A stretch of 64,000 bases of DNA from Patellaria atrata CBS 101060 (lineage: Eukaryota). Below the pieces are notes generated by a model that worked only from the letters and a program-made list of their open reading frames with translations, was not told the DNA's origin and did no database searches. Shown piece by piece: positions 62,861-64,000 of the stretch (its first letter is position 1; each line of letters starts with the position of its first letter). The stretch lies in assembly GCA_010093705.1 (NCBI GenBank), contig MU006112.1, positions 1 through 64,000 on the forward strand, in the 5' to 3' direction. The position numbers and the translations under genes are program-made.

Positions 62861-63667
62861 AGGAATTGGTGGGTTCTCTGTACATACTTTCTTTTCTAAC
62901 GAGGGTTGATGAGACATGATAATTGTAGGAATATTAAGTGGCATTACTGGACTCAAAATCTGGAGCAACCCAAGGATCCGGTGTCGTGCCCGTGCACTTC
63001 TACTTGCGCAAGAAAAGGGCAAACCCTCTATACGACTTACTATAACTACGAGACTTCAACCATACTATTAGTGAGAAGGCTAGGCAATATAGACCAGAGG
63101 TATGAATCTGGATTTTGAAAACTTTCGATTCTATCCCGAGTGGCTAATATAGTTACTCAAACTATTTCCTTTCCTTGTCTCAGGTTGCAATATCGCAAGG
63201 GACTCTTGCCTTGATACCGAACATGATTGATTTTATCAATGAATCTTCAGGCCCAGTTGCGGAGAAAGGAAAGTTGAGATGGGGTTGGAGACGCAACACG
63301 TGATGGAAGAAATTAGGTTAAACCAAATCGAGGAAACATATCCCAAATCCCATCCGTTCTCCTCAACCCAAACCAAAGCGGTACGAAATATCCGGCTTAG
63401 CTGCACTTGAATCCCTTGATCGCTTGATAGAAGATCATCGTTATCGGACTGCATCATGTCTTCTGCTCCTCAGTGGATATATACCATGCCTCGCTTTACA
63501 TGCAACCCCGTTCTGAGTGACCACCGGATGCTAATCATGCATTCTATTCTTATTCTTAAGCGTTGTGTTTCAGCTGTCTTCGTTTCCTATATTTCAGAGT
63601 CTTAGAGTATCCTCCATTTCTCTTATAATTCTTGGTTTTATCTTCGCGCAATTGAAGAAATATTGTG

Positions 63668-64000
63668 ATGGATGACATCAGGGTCTGGGCAAGAGATCTC
63701 TGCAACACGGACTGGTTGAGAACCGGTTCCCAGCAAATTCGCCAATATGGCTCAGATAATCAAAAGACTGCTTTATACGGGTTGTTAACCGTAGCGACGT
63801 TCATATGGGCCGTCGCAATCGCCATCAGATGGTTCAAATCGAGTAAAACTGCCCCTAGGCCTTGTCCTCCTGACCTCGAGAAACCCCCTACAACCCCTAT
63901 ATACACAAGCAAGTTCAAAGCCCCAGAACGCGAGCCTGGAGGTACTGACCCCGTCTAACCCTCAACATCTCAATCCCTTCCCCCCATACTGACCAAACTC
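63668..64000 (+). CDS. 5' part of a membrane-anchored protein, possibly DUF3445 family (runs off window)
   Basis: N-terminal TM segment (ALYGLLTVATFIWAVAIAI), then DLEK...SKFKAPEREPG, a GTACTG donor and a CTGAC branch point near the window end. The family guess comes from recalled N-terminal similarity only. Confidence 0.45.

Overview
Gene-dense, intron-containing ascomycete DNA. It is Pezizomycotina, and a Dothideomycete origin is my guess from gene content. It has short GT-AG introns with CTAAC/CTGAC branch points. I read about 27 protein-coding genes, mostly housekeeping: RPA135 3' end, a homeobox/C2H2 transcription factor, an SS18-like protein, RPL19, a PTR2-type transporter, SRC1/HEH1, dienelactone hydrolase, RPL42/eL42, UBR1, QCR9, PYM1, FEN1, GCDH, UBC4, RIC8, a mitochondrial carrier, a PPR-like protein, a small ORF, RPL18, RET3, RQC2, PCBD, ASST, an apolipophorin-like protein, an FKBP-STIMATE fusion, an App1-like phosphatase and a partial gene at the right edge. 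Several of these (QCR9, UBC4, RPL42, RPL19, RPA135) are missed or garbled by the ORF track because of short exons. I found no tRNA, rRNA, transposase or secondary-metabolite cluster. The main unexplained signals are four. (1) A non-coding family of about 150-200-bp repeats forms two tandem arrays facing each other across the PCBD gene, plus a solo copy upstream of RPL42. (2) The 432-nt first intron of RPL42 is extensively self-complementary, with wobble pairs that work only on the transcribed strand. (3) An FKBP prolyl isomerase is fused in frame to a STIMATE/DUF3661-type membrane protein. (4) Sharp C-rich to G-rich switches recur near gene ends. All family assignments come from motif recognition by eye, not from database searches.
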